Assembly: GCA_033720855.1 (NCBI GenBank)
Contig: JAWWBR010000005.1
Span: forward strand, 1-63,804
Length of the DNA: 63,804 nucleotides
From: Alphaproteobacteria bacterium
Lineage (GTDB): Bacteria; Pseudomonadota; Alphaproteobacteria; SMXQ01
Reading direction: 5' to 3'
Part shown: in pieces, positions 24,646 to 36,841 of the stretch
Layout of the letters: each line of letters opens with the position of its first letter
Numbering within the stretch: the first letter of the stretch is position 1
Translations under genes and position numbers: made by a program
The notes under the pieces: model-generated
Told to the model about the DNA's origin: nothing
The model's input: the letters and a program-made list of their open reading frames with translations, nothing else
Databases searched by the model: none

Positions 24646-25737
24646 TCACGCCTCCGCCAAGACGTCGGTATAGAGCTCGGCGGGATCCGGCTCGGGATCG
24701 CTGATGGCGAACTCGGCGGCTTCGGTGACCACCTTCTTCACCCGCTCGTCGATCTTCTTGAGGTCGTCGCCGGTCGCCAGCTTGTGCTCGAACAGAAGGT
24801 CCGACAGGTGGTCGATGGGGTCGCGTTCCTCGCGCACCTTCTGCACCTCCTCGCGGGTGCGGTAGCGCGCGGGATCCGACATCGAATGGCCGCGATAGCG
24901 ATAGGTTTCCATCTGCAGGATCTGCGGGCCCTTGCCGGCGCGGCAATAGGCCACGGCTTCGGCGCCGGCCTCCTTGACCGCGAGCACGTCCATGCCGTCG
25001 ACCTTGCGCCCGGGAATGCCGAAGGGTTCGCCGCGGCGGAAGAAATCGGGGCTGGCGGAGGCGCGGCTGACCGAGGTCCCCATGCCGTACTGGTTGTTCT
25101 CGATGATGAAGATGACCGGCAGCTTCCACAGCGCCGCCATGTTGAAGCTTTCGAACACCTGGCCCTGGTTGGCGGCGCCGTCGCCGTAATAGGTCAGCGA
25201 GATGCCGCCGTCGTCGCGGTAGCGGTGGGCGAAGGCGAGGCCGGCGCCGATCGGCACCCCGGCGCCGACGATGCCGTGGCCGCCGTAGAAATTCTTCTCC
25301 TTGGAGAACATGTGCATGGAGCCGCCCTTGCCGCGGGAATAGCCGCCCCGCCGTCCGGTCAGCTCCGCCATCACCCCCTTGGGGTCCATGCCGCAGGCGA
25401 GCATATGGCCGTGGTCGCGATAGGAGGTGAGGACCGAATCCTTGCTCTCGAGATTGGCCTGCATGCCAACCACCACGGCCTCCTGGCCGATATAGAGATG
25501 GCAGAACCCGGCGATCTCGCCTTGGCCGTAGAGCTGCCCGGCCTTCTCCTCGAAGCGGCGGATCAGAAGCATGTCCTCGTAGAGGCCGAGCAGCTGGCTG
25601 CGGCTCTCCTTCGGTTTCTGCACCTTGGCCTTGGTCTTGACCTTGGTCGTCCGCGCCGTCTTGGCCGCGGCCTTTCCGCCGCCGGCGCCGCTTTTCGTCG
25701 ATGTCGATTTCTTGGATTTGGTTGCCGCTCGAGCCAT
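24646..25737 (-). CDS. pdhA: Pyruvate dehydrogenase E1 alpha
   Basis: GFCHLYIGQEA, GKGGSMH, GDGAANQGQ, YRYRGHSMSDP. Confidence 0.97.
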   Translation of the reverse strand: MARAATKSKKSTSTKSGAGGGKAAAKTARTTKVKTKAKVQKPKESRSQLLGLYEDMLLIRRFEEKAGQLYGQGEIAGFCHLYIGQEAVVVGMQANLESKDSVLTSYRDHGHMLACGMDPKGVMAELTGRRGGYSRGKGGSMHMFSKEKNFYGGHGIVGAGVPIGAGLAFAHRYRDDGGISLTYYGDGAANQGQVFESFNMAALWKLPVIFIIENNQYGMGTSVSRASASPDFFRRGEPFGIPGRKVDGMDVLAVKEAGAEAVAYCRAGKGPQILQMETYRYRGHSMSDPARYRTREEVQKVREERDPIDHLSDLLFEHKLATGDDLKKIDERVKKVVTEAAEFAISDPEPDPAELYTDVLAEA

Positions 25738-26069
25738 TTTTCCGTTCCGTGTCCACCCTGGTTTGGCGGCCCGATGAGGCGGGCCTTGTGATGAGACCGG
25801 CTAGCGGTCGCGGCGGTCATAAGCCATCCGCAGGGCCAACATACACCGCTTTTCCTTAACGAGAAAAGAACAAAAAAACATGAGAATTCAAAGGGATATA
25901 TAGGATTAACTTCCTTTCAGTTAATTAGGAAATTTTTGACCCGAAATCGCGCCCGGCACGCAACAATGCAGAGCCCTTGCCGACAAATCCGACAGATTGC
26001 CACCCCGCCATCGCGGCCCGGGCGGGGGCCGGGCGATCGCGGCGGCGGGTTTCCGGCCCGGGCGGCGGT

Positions 26070-26501
26070 CTAGCGGCTGAGGGTGGTGGTAATCAGATCG
26101 TCGAGGCCGCGGCGGTCGAAGCCGGGCGGCGTCGGCGGGAGCGTAGCGGCCTTGCGCGGCGCATGGGGGACACCCGCGGCCGGGCGGGCCTGCGGCTTGA
26201 GGATGACGATGTCGTCGGGATGGACGACGCCGAGCACCGCGCGGGCGCGCTCCTCCAGAAGGTCGGGGTCGAGACTGCTCGGCTGCAACAGGCGCACGCG
26301 GTGGGCGAACTCGATGCGCTCGGCTCGGACCGCCCGGTACTGGGCCTCGGCGGCGTCGACCTGTTGGCTCAGCCTCAACCAGGCGAACAGGCCGCGGTCC
26401 CCTTGGACCACGTGATAGGCGAAATAGCCGAAAAGGGTGAGTCCCAAAACCGGGCCGACGATGTGGCGCGCGCGGCGCTTGAGTTCGCCGAGGAAATTCA
26501 T
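26070..26501 (-). CDS. ftsB: Septum formation initiator FtsB/DivIC
   Basis: One TM, GDRGL, coiled coil, DPDLLEERAR..LG; downstream of eno. Confidence 0.88.
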   Translation of the reverse strand: MNFLGELKRRARHIVGPVLGLTLFGYFAYHVVQGDRGLFAWLRLSQQVDAAEAQYRAVRAERIEFAHRVRLLQPSSLDPDLLEERARAVLGVVHPDDIVILKPQARPAAGVPHAPRKAATLPPTPPGFDRRGLDDLITTTLSR

Positions 26502-26694
26502 GGCGCGAGGGAATCACAGGCCGCCGGGCCCGTCAACAGAAAAAATTCATTAGAATCCGGCCGCTAGCGGATGGATCTGCCACGCCGGGGCAAAAAACGT
26601 CACGGAAGAGTCATGGTCTGCGCGAGCCCCCGCGCCCCGACCCGGAAGTCCCCCGGCGATCTCTGGCGGCGCGGAGCCCGGTCACGGTCCGGCA

Positions 26695-28846
<2,152 letters not shown>

Positions 28847-28849
28847 CGG

Positions 28850-30478
28850 CTAGACCAGCCTCGACTGCCGGACGGCGGCGCCGATGAACGACGAGAACAG
28901 GGGGTGCGGGTCGAAGGGCTTCGACTTCAACTCGGGATGGAACTGCACGCCGATGAACCAGGGATGCCCCTCGAGCTCGACGATCTCCGGCAGGCGGCCG
29001 TCGGGCGACAGGCCGGAGACCCTGAGCCCCGCCGCCTCCAGCCGGTCGCAGTAATTGATGTTGACCTCGTAGCGGTGGCGGTGGCGTTCGAACACCGTTT
29101 CGGCCCCGAAGATCTCCGCCGCCCGGCTGTTGGGCTGGACGCGGCACTCGTAGGCCCCGAGCCGCATGGTTCCGCCCAGGTTGTCCTCGGCGCTGCGCCG
29201 CTCGAGCTCGTCGCCGCGCATCCATTCGGTCAGCAATCCCACCACCGCTTCCTTGGCGGGGCCGAACTCGGTCGATCCCGCACCCTTGATTCCGGCGAGG
29301 TTGCGGGCCACCTCGATGACCGCCATCTGCATGCCGAAACAGATGCCGAAATAGGGCACCCGGTGCTCGCGGGCGAAGCGCGCGGCCTCGATCTTGCCTT
29401 CGGTGCCGCGCTCGCCGAAACCGCCCGGCACCAGGATGCCGTTGACGGCCTCGAGCTTCTCCAGGGTTCCTTCCTGCTCGAAGATTTCCGACTCGATCCA
29501 GTCGAGCTCCACCTTCACGTTGTTGGCGATGCCGCCGTGGGTCAGCGCCTCGGAGAGCGATTTGTAGGCGTCCAACAGGTTGGTGTACTTGCCGACCACG
29601 GCAATCCGCACCTCGCCCTCGGGCTTGCGGATGCGGTCGAGGATGTCGAACCAGCGGCCGAGATCGGGCTCGGGCGCGTCTTCGATGCCGAAATGCTTGA
29701 GCACCACCTGGTCGAAACCCTGCTGGTGATAGCTGATGGGCACCTGGTAGATGGTATCGACGTCGAGCCCCTCGATCACGGCGTCGGCACGGACGTTGCA
29801 GAACTGGGCGATCTTGCGCCGCTCCTCGGGCGGCAGCGGCCGGTCCGAGCGGCACAGCAAGGCATCGGGCTGGATGCCGAGGGACAAGAGCTCCTTGACC
29901 GAATGCTGGGTCGGCTTGGTCTTGAGCTCGCCGGCGGTGGGAATGTAGGGCAGCAGCGTCAGGTGGATATACATGGCGCGGTCCTCGCCCACCTCGTTGC
30001 CGAATTGGCGGATCGCCTCGAGGAACGGCAGCCCTTCGATGTCGCCGACGGTGCCGCCGATTTCGCAGAGCACGAAATCCGCATCGTCGCAGTCGCTGGC
30101 GATGAATTCCTGGATCGCGTCGGTGACATGGGGGATGACCTGGACCGTCGCCCCGAGATAGTCGCCGTGGCGTTCGCGGGCGATGACGGTGGAATAGATG
30201 CGCCCGGTGGTGACGTTGTCGGCCTGGCGCGAGGGCACGCCGGTGAAGCGCTCGTAATGGCCGAGGTCGAGATCGGTCTCGGCGCCGTCGTCGGTGACGT
30301 AGACCTCGCCATGCTGGGTCGGGGACATGGTCCCGGGATCGACATTGATATAGGGATCGAGCTTTCTCAGCCGGACCTTGTAGCCGCGGGCCTGGAGCAG
30401 CGCGCCCAGGGCCGCCGAAGCGAGGCCCTTGCCCAGGGATGACACCACGCCGCCGGTGATAAAAATGAACCGCGTCAT
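28850..30478 (-). CDS. pyrG: CTP synthase
   Basis: [32 protein letters not shown]. Confidence 0.98.
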   Translation of the reverse strand: MTRFIFITGGVVSSLGKGLASAALGALLQARGYKVRLRKLDPYINVDPGTMSPTQHGEVYVTDDGAETDLDLGHYERFTGVPSRQADNVTTGRIYSTVIARERHGDYLGATVQVIPHVTDAIQEFIASDCDDADFVLCEIGGTVGDIEGLPFLEAIRQFGNEVGEDRAMYIHLTLLPYIPTAGELKTKPTQHSVKELLSLGIQPDALLCRSDRPLPPEERRKIAQFCNVRADAVIEGLDVDTIYQVPISYHQQGFDQVVLKHFGIEDAPEPDLGRWFDILDRIRKPEGEVRIAVVGKYTNLLDAYKSLSEALTHGGIANNVKVELDWIESEIFEQEGTLEKLEAVNGILVPGGFGERGTEGKIEAARFAREHRVPYFGICFGMQMAVIEVARNLAGIKGAGSTEFGPAKEAVVGLLTEWMRGDELERRSAEDNLGGTMRLGAYECRVQPNSRAAEIFGAETVFERHRHRYEVNINYCDRLEAAGLRVSGLSPDGRLPEIVELEGHPWFIGVQFHPELKSKPFDPHPLFSSFIGAAVRQSRLV

Positions 30479-30536
30479 GGGTCGTTAGGATACATCATCG
30501 GCCGTCACCGACCCATCCAAATCTTGCCCGCCCATC

Positions 30537-30566
30537 AAAAAAGGGCGGCTCACCCGTCACCGCCCC
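30537..30566 (-). terminator. Intrinsic terminator downstream of secG
   Basis: Minus strand GGGCGG-N11-CCGCCC-TTTTTT. Confidence 0.6.
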
Positions 30567-30603
30567 TGGAAACGCGGCGGGGCCATGCCCCGCGCGATCG
30601 CAC

Positions 30604-30933
30604 CTAGCGCCCAAGGGGCACGCCTCCGGGTTCGGCCGGCGCGCTCGGCGCCGCCGGCGCCGTCGGCACCGGCGTGACGCCCTCCTCCAGAACCGAACGG
30701 GGCGCGCGTTGCTGGGAGGCGAGGATGGCCAGGATCAGGGAGGTCGCCATGAAGGCCGCGGCGAGGATCGCCGTCGCCCGCGTGAGAAGGTTGGCCTGCG
30801 CGCGCCCGGTCATGAAGCCGCCGCCGCCGGAGCCGCCGATGCCGAGCGCACCACCCTCGGAGCGCTGCATCAGAACGGCAACCACCAGCGCCAGCGCCAG
30901 AAACAGGTGGATGGTGAGGATGATCGTGGTCAT
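30604..30933 (-). CDS. secG: Preprotein translocase SecG
   Basis: VLMQRSEGGALG, NLLTRAT, two TM segments; tpiA-secG-pyrG order. Confidence 0.94.
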   Translation of the reverse strand: MTTIILTIHLFLALALVVAVLMQRSEGGALGIGGSGGGGFMTGRAQANLLTRATAILAAAFMATSLILAILASQQRAPRSVLEEGVTPVPTAPAAPSAPAEPGGVPLGR

Positions 30934-31022
30934 AGCATTCCCGAATTTGGCCTGAACATAAGGCCATCGCCGCTGATTTTAAAGGGCAAAAGCGCCCGTC
31001 CGCGGGCGCCGGCGCGACGCCG

Positions 31023-31772
31023 TCACGGCGCCGCCCGGGCGATCGCGAGGAAATCCGCGGCATCGAGGCTGGCGCCGCCGACAAGCGCCCCGTTGACGTC
31101 GGCGACGGCGAGCAGCTCGGCCGCATTCTCGGGCTTGACCGAGCCCCCGTAGAGCAGGCGGCAGGCGTCCGCATCGGCGACCGGCCCGGCGATCTCGGCG
31201 CGGATGTGGCGGTGGGCCTCGGCCACCTCCTCAACGGTCGGGGTCCGGCCGGTGCCGATGGCCCAGACCGGCTCGTAGGCGATCACGGTATTGGCGGCAT
31301 CGGCGCCCGAGGGAATGGAACCGGCGATCTGGCGGCTCAGCACCGCCAGCGTGTCGCCGGCGTCCCGCTCGGCCTCGGTCTCGCCGATGCAGACGATGGC
31401 GATCAGCCCGGCCCCGTGGGCGGCGGCGGCCTTCCCGCGCACCGTTTCGTCGCTCTCCCCATGGTCGGTGCGGCGCTCCGAATGGCCGACGATGACGAAA
31501 CCGGCCCCCGCCTCGGCCAGCATCGGCGCCGAAATATCCCCGGTGTGGGCGCCCGCCGCGCTGGCGTGGCAATCCTGACCGCCGAGCGCAATGCCGGTTC
31601 CCGACAGGGCTTCGGCGACGGCAGCGAGGTTGACCGCCGGCGGGCACAGCAGAAGGTCGCACCCTGCCCCTGGCCCTTCGGCGCCGGCGGCGACGGCGCG
31701 GGCCAGGGCGAGCCCGTCGGCGCCGCCGCAATTCATCTTCCAGTTCCCCGCGATCAACGCCCTCACCGCCAC
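31023..31772 (-). CDS. tpiA: Triosephosphate isomerase
   Basis: [36 protein letters not shown]; GTG start inferred. Confidence 0.97.
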   Translation of the reverse strand: MAVRALIAGNWKMNCGGADGLALARAVAAGAEGPGAGCDLLLCPPAVNLAAVAEALSGTGIALGGQDCHASAAGAHTGDISAPMLAEAGAGFVIVGHSERRTDHGESDETVRGKAAAAHGAGLIAIVCIGETEAERDAGDTLAVLSRQIAGSIPSGADAANTVIAYEPVWAIGTGRTPTVEEVAEAHRHIRAEIAGPVADADACRLLYGGSVKPENAAELLAVADVNGALVGGASLDAADFLAIARAAP

Positions 31773-31996
31773 TTCTCCCTCCCAATATTGACGCGCCCCC
31801 GCGCGCGGCCTGCGACAGACGCTGTTTAGCATGGGCCGGGGCGGCGGCCAAGGCGGGCCCGGCGGCACCCGGCAAGGCGGGGAATAGGGTGTTGCAGGCG
31901 CCCGACCCCGCTTCTATGATGCCGCGCGACGGCGGTCGTTCCCGGCGCGGGAATACCCGCCATTTGCTTTCAAGACAGCCGCGAGTGGTCGCAAAA

Positions 31997-33871
31997 ATGC
32001 TTCAGGTCCTTCGTGAAAAAGCCAGCTCCTGGGTCATCAAGATCCTTCTCGGCCTGCTGATCGTCGCCTTCGCGATCTGGGGCATCAACGACGTCTTTCT
32101 CGGCGAACGCGATCCCGCCGTGGCCAAGGTGGGAGGGGTCAAGATTCCCCGATCCGAGGCCGATCAGGCGCTCAGGGACGAACTCAACCGCCTGCGCCCG
32201 GTGTTGGGGTCCATCGACCGCGACACCGCCTTCCGCATGGGGCTCGCCGCCCAGGTCCTGAACCGCCTGGTCAACCGCACCGCCATCAATCTCGGCGCCC
32301 ACGATCTCGGTATCGCGGTTTCCGACCAGATGGTCAGCCGCATGATCCGGAGCGACCGCAGGTTCCATGATTCCCACGGCCATTTTAACCGCAACCTGTT
32401 CTACCAGGCGCTGTCCAACGCCAACATGACCGAGGCCTATTACGTCGCCTCGCTCAAGGAAAGCATGGCCTCGGAACAGTTGAACGGGGTCATCTCGGCC
32501 AACGTTCCGGTGCCCAAGGCCCTGGTCGACCCCTTGGTGCGGTTCCGGTCGGAGGAGCGCAGCGCCCGCACCGTGCTGGTGCAACCGGCGCCCCTCGGGC
32601 AGCAGCGCGACCCGACCGCCCAGGAACTGGAGGCGTTCTACAAAGCCAATACCCAGCGCTTCATGGCCCCGGAACTGCGCAGCGTCACCTTCGTCCATAT
32701 CGATCCCGCCGAGCTGGCCAAGGAGATTCAGGTTTCGGAGGAAAGGATCAAGGCGGCCTACCAGCAGCGGCGCGACGAATTCACCCTCAGGGACCGGCGC
32801 AAGGTGTCGCAGGTCGTGTTCCGCACCCAGTCGGCGGCCCAGGCCGCGGCGGCGGCCGTAAAGGCGGGCAAGGCCCTGGCCGAGGTGGCCAAGGAGGACG
32901 GCAAAAGCCTGAAGGTCGTCAAGCTGGGCTGGGTGGAGAAAACCGACCTGGTGACCGACATCGCCGATCCGGTCTTCGCCCTCAAGAAGGGCGAAACCAG
33001 CGGCGTTCTCAAGAGCCCGCTGGGCTGGCACATCGTTGCGGTCGAGGAGTCCGAACTGGGCCGGGTCAAGCCGCTTTCGGAAGTGCGCAAGCAGGTGCGC
33101 GACTCACTCGCCCTGGCCGAGGCGCAGAACAGCGTCTTCGCGCTGGCCAACCAGCTCGAGGACGCGCTCGCCGGCGGCGCCGATATCAATGCCGCGGCGG
33201 GGCGCATCAACCTCAAGGCGGTGACCGTGCCCGCCCTCGACAGCCAGGGGCGGGATCGCGCCGGGAAGGCGGTGCCCAATTTGCCCATCGGCGGCAGCTT
33301 CCTGCGCACCGCCTTCGAGGTCGGCGAGGGCGAGCTGTCGACCCTGATGGAGACCCAGGGCGGCGGCTATTACATCCTCATCGTCAACAAGGTGACGCCG
33401 CCCGAAGCCAAGCCGCTGGACGAGGTGCGCAGCACCGCGATCATCGAATGGAAGGCCGAGGTTCTCGCCAAGGCGGCTGAGGAACGGGCGCGGGGCATCC
33501 TTGACCGCCTGAAGAAGGGCGAGAAGCTCGAGGCCGTCGCCAAGGCCGAAAAATTGGAGATCAAGGCGACGAAGCCCTTCACCCGCTTGAGCCACGAGGC
33601 GCAGAGCGGCGTTCCCGCGGCGCTCGCCGAAAAGCTCTTTTCCCTCAAGGTCGGCGAAGCGGCGATGGCGGAATCGGCAAAAGGCTTCGTGGTCGGCGTC
33701 TTGGAGTCGATCAAACCGGGCGCGGGCGAGCGGAAGACGGCGGTGAAGGACGGCACCCTCAACGAGATCCGCGAGGGCATCACCGCCGATCTTTCCGACC
33801 AACTCGTGGACGCTTTCCGCAAGCGCGTCTCCATCACGACCTATCCCGACCTCCTCCGAGATCGGCTCTAA
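31997..33871 (+). CDS. ppiD: PpiD-like membrane-anchored SurA-N/parvulin chaperone
   Basis: N-terminal TM with FAIWG, SurA-N region, parvulin-like LGW...KSPLGWHIV; upstream of trpE. Confidence 0.85.
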   Translation: MLQVLREKASSWVIKILLGLLIVAFAIWGINDVFLGERDPAVAKVGGVKIPRSEADQALRDELNRLRPVLGSIDRDTAFRMGLAAQVLNRLVNRTAINLGAHDLGIAVSDQMVSRMIRSDRRFHDSHGHFNRNLFYQALSNANMTEAYYVASLKESMASEQLNGVISANVPVPKALVDPLVRFRSEERSARTVLVQPAPLGQQRDPTAQELEAFYKANTQRFMAPELRSVTFVHIDPAELAKEIQVSEERIKAAYQQRRDEFTLRDRRKVSQVVFRTQSAAQAAAAAVKAGKALAEVAKEDGKSLKVVKLGWVEKTDLVTDIADPVFALKKGETSGVLKSPLGWHIVAVEESELGRVKPLSEVRKQVRDSLALAEAQNSVFALANQLEDALAGGADINAAAGRINLKAVTVPALDSQGRDRAGKAVPNLPIGGSFLRTAFEVGEGELSTLMETQGGGYYILIVNKVTPPEAKPLDEVRSTAIIEWKAEVLAKAAEERARGILDRLKKGEKLEAVAKAEKLEIKATKPFTRLSHEAQSGVPAALAEKLFSLKVGEAAMAESAKGFVVGVLESIKPGAGERKTAVKDGTLNEIREGITADLSDQLVDAFRKRVSITTYPDLLRDRL

Positions 33872-33875
33872 GGCC

Positions 33876-35387
33876 ATGGACTGCCTGCCGGAGTACGGCG
33901 CATTCAGCGATGCGTATACGGCAGGCCGTCCGCAACTGGTCTGGACCCGCCTGGTCGCCGATCTCGAGACCCCGGTTTCGGCCTTCCTCAAGCTCGCCCA
34001 CGGCGATGCCATGAGCTTCCTGTTCGAATCGGTGGAAGGCGGCGCCACCCGCGGCCGCTATTCCTTCATCGGGCTCAAGCCCGACCTGATCTGGCGCTGC
34101 CGCGGCGACAGCGCCGAAATCAACCGCCAGGCCATCGCCCGGCCCGACGACTTCGTCCCCTGCGAGAGCCCGACGCTGGCCGCGCTCAAGGCGCTGATCG
34201 AAGAATGCGCCATCGACACGCCCGAGGAACTGCCGCCGATGGCGGCCGGCCTGTTCGGCTATATGGGCTACGACACGGTCCGCCTCATCGAGCGCCTGCC
34301 CGACGACAACCCCGATACCCTGGGGGTGCCCGACGGCATGTTCCTGCGCCCGACGGTGATCGCCATCTTCGACAATATCGAGGACGTGGTGACCCTGATC
34401 ACCCCGGTCTGGCCGGATCCCTCGGTGGACGCGGAGGCGGCCTTCGCCGCCGCCCGGACGCGGCTCGAGGAAATGGTCGAGGCCTTCGCCGCGCCGCTCG
34501 ACCACACGTTGCTGAGCGCGCCCGAGGGCAGCGCGGCGGCCCCCGTCGCGGTCTCCAACACCAGCCGCGAGGCCTATCACGAGATGGTGCGCCGCGCCAA
34601 GGAGTACATCCTTGCCGGCGACATCTTCCAGGTGGTGCCGTCCCAGCGCTTTGCCGTGCCCTTCAACCTGCCGCCGTTCGCGCTCTACCGCTCGCTCAGG
34701 CGGCTCAACCCCTCGCCGTTCCTGTTCTTCCTGGATTTCGGCGCCTTCTCCGTGGTCGGCTCGAGCCCGGAGATCCTGGTGCGCCTGCGCGACACCACCG
34801 TCACCATCCGCCCCATCGCCGGCACCCGGCCCCGCGGCGCGGACGCCGCCGAGGACAAGCGCCTGGAAGACGACCTGCTGGCCGATCCCAAGGAGATCGC
34901 CGAACACCTGATGCTGCTCGATCTCGGGCGCAACGATGTCGGCCGCGTCGCCAAGGTCGGCACCGTGCGCGTCACCGAGCAGATGGTGATCGAGCGCTAT
35001 TCCCATGTCATGCACATCGTCTCCAACGTCGAAGGCGAAATCGCCGACGGCCTGACGGCGCTGGATGCCTTGGGCGCTGGGTTCCCGGCGGGCACCGTCT
35101 CCGGCGCGCCCAAGGTGCGGGCGATGGAGATCATCGACGAGCTGGAATGCGCCCGGCGCGGCATCTACGGGGGTTCGGTCGGCTATTTCGCCGCCAACGG
35201 CTCGATGGACCAGTGCATCGCGCTGCGCACGGCGGTGGTCAAGGACGGCACCATCTTCGTCCAGGCCGGCGGCGGCGTCGTCGCCGATTCGGACCCGGAA
35301 GCGGAGTACCAGGAAAGCTGCAACAAGGCCCGGGCCCTGATCCGCGCCGCCGAGGAGGCGGTCGCCTTCGCCGCCGAGACGGACTGA
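33876..35387 (+). CDS. trpE: Anthranilate synthase component I
   Basis: DLETPV, FESVEGG, GDIFQVV, NPSP, RPIAGT, EHLMLLDLGRND, GTVSGAPK. Confidence 0.96.
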   Translation: MDCLPEYGAFSDAYTAGRPQLVWTRLVADLETPVSAFLKLAHGDAMSFLFESVEGGATRGRYSFIGLKPDLIWRCRGDSAEINRQAIARPDDFVPCESPTLAALKALIEECAIDTPEELPPMAAGLFGYMGYDTVRLIERLPDDNPDTLGVPDGMFLRPTVIAIFDNIEDVVTLITPVWPDPSVDAEAAFAAARTRLEEMVEAFAAPLDHTLLSAPEGSAAAPVAVSNTSREAYHEMVRRAKEYILAGDIFQVVPSQRFAVPFNLPPFALYRSLRRLNPSPFLFFLDFGAFSVVGSSPEILVRLRDTTVTIRPIAGTRPRGADAAEDKRLEDDLLADPKEIAEHLMLLDLGRNDVGRVAKVGTVRVTEQMVIERYSHVMHIVSNVEGEIADGLTALDALGAGFPAGTVSGAPKVRAMEIIDELECARRGIYGGSVGYFAANGSMDQCIALRTAVVKDGTIFVQAGGGVVADSDPEAEYQESCNKARALIRAAEEAVAFAAETD

Positions 35388-35492
35388 GTCCGACGCCCCG
35401 ATGACCGGCCCGGCCGGCGCAGGGGCAAATTGCCCCGGCGCGCCGGTGTTGGCATAATCGGCGCCGTCCCCGCGCCACCCAGGAGGTCGCCC

Positions 35493-36104
35493 ATGCGCCG
35501 TCTTGCTTTTCTCATCCTGCTCCCCGCCCTCGCCCTTGCGGCGCCCGGCCATCCCGCCCGGGCGCAGCTGCTCGACGTCCTGACCGCGCCCAAGACCCTG
35601 GTCGACCGCGCCATCGAAGCACGCTCGTCCAAGGATATCCTCGAGGACAACCGCATCGTCGGCGACGTCAATCGCATCATGGTCGATCTCGGCACCATCG
35701 AGGCGTCGACCGAGATCTACGAGCAACACCTCTTGATCACCGGAATCTTCAGCGAGAAAAAGACCTACGACAAGTTCCTCGCCGAGGTGAAGAAGGTCAA
35801 GGGGGTGAAGAAGCTCTATTGGCACGTCACCCACATGCCGGAAAAGGAACAGGAGGAACGCAAGAAGAAGGGGGAGCTGCTGGCCTGGGGCGATGCGCTG
35901 AAGCTCGACGCCAGTGTCGGCCTCAATCTGGTCGGCACCCGCGGCATCGCCGACGTCAATTTCCGCGTCGCCGTCGATTCGTACTCCAACGTCTACCTCA
36001 TGGGCCGCGCCCGCTCGGGCGAGGAAATGAAGAAGGCGGTCAAGGTGGCGCGCGAAACCAAGGGCGTGAAGAAGCTTTACAACTACGCCATCGTCAAACC
36101 CTAG
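35493..36104 (+). CDS. Secreted double BON-domain protein
   Basis: RBS AGGAGG; signal peptide ending ARA; two repeats with L(I/M)(T)G...KGVKKLY pattern typical of BON domains. Confidence 0.75.
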   Translation: MRRLAFLILLPALALAAPGHPARAQLLDVLTAPKTLVDRAIEARSSKDILEDNRIVGDVNRIMVDLGTIEASTEIYEQHLLITGIFSEKKTYDKFLAEVKKVKGVKKLYWHVTHMPEKEQEERKKKGELLAWGDALKLDASVGLNLVGTRGIADVNFRVAVDSYSNVYLMGRARSGEEMKKAVKVARETKGVKKLYNYAIVKP

Positions 36105-36253
36105 GCCGGGACCGCCGGCCGCCGCCGCCGGCGCGGTGCCGCGGGCCGCGAGGACCGGCCGCGCGGGGCGTGCTTTCTTCGCCGCGGGCAAGCTGCTATA
36201 AGGGGAATCCAAACTTTGAATTTGAGTTTAGGAAAATATCCTAAATCGCTGAA

Positions 36254-36841
36254 ATGTATCTGATTATCGACAACTACGATAGCTTCACCTACAACCTCCT
36301 CCACTTCATGGGCGAGATGGGGGCGGAACTGGTCGTGCGCCGCAACGACACCGTGACCACAGACGAGGCGTTGGCGCTGGGCGACCAGGGCATCGTGCTC
36401 TCGCCCGGGCCCTGCGACCCCGACCGCGCCGGAATCTGCCTCGATCTGGTCGCCGCCGCCGCCGGCAAGCGGCCGATGCTGGGGGTCTGCCTCGGGCATC
36501 AGGCCATCGGCCAGGCCTTCGGCGGCCGCATCATCCGCGCGCCCGTCCCCATGCACGGCAAGATCAGCCCCATCCACCATGACGGCAGCGGCGTGTTCGA
36601 GGGCCTGCCGACGCCGTTCGAGGCCACCCGCTACCATTCCCTGATCATCGACCGCGACGGGCTTCCCGACTGCCTCGAGGTCACGGCCGAGACCGAGGAC
36701 GGGCTGATCATGGGGATCGCCCACAAGGAGTTCCCGATCTTCGGCATCCAGTTCCATCCCGAGAGCATCGCATCGGAACACGGCCATCAGCTCTTGAAGA
36801 ACTTCCTCACCATCGCCGCCCGGGGGGGCATCGCCGCATGA
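36254..36841 (+). CDS. trpG: Anthranilate synthase component II (glutamine amidotransferase)
   Basis: [32 protein letters not shown]. Confidence 0.95.
   Translation: MYLIIDNYDSFTYNLLHFMGEMGAELVVRRNDTVTTDEALALGDQGIVLSPGPCDPDRAGICLDLVAAAAGKRPMLGVCLGHQAIGQAFGGRIIRAPVPMHGKISPIHHDGSGVFEGLPTPFEATRYHSLIIDRDGLPDCLEVTAETEDGLIMGIAHKEFPIFGIQFHPESIASEHGHQLLKNFLTIAARGGIAA

Noticed and set aside
25857-25871. TAAC-N7-GAAC as a LexA box upstream of pdhA
   Set aside because: One mismatch within an A-rich tract and no expected SOS link; probably chance
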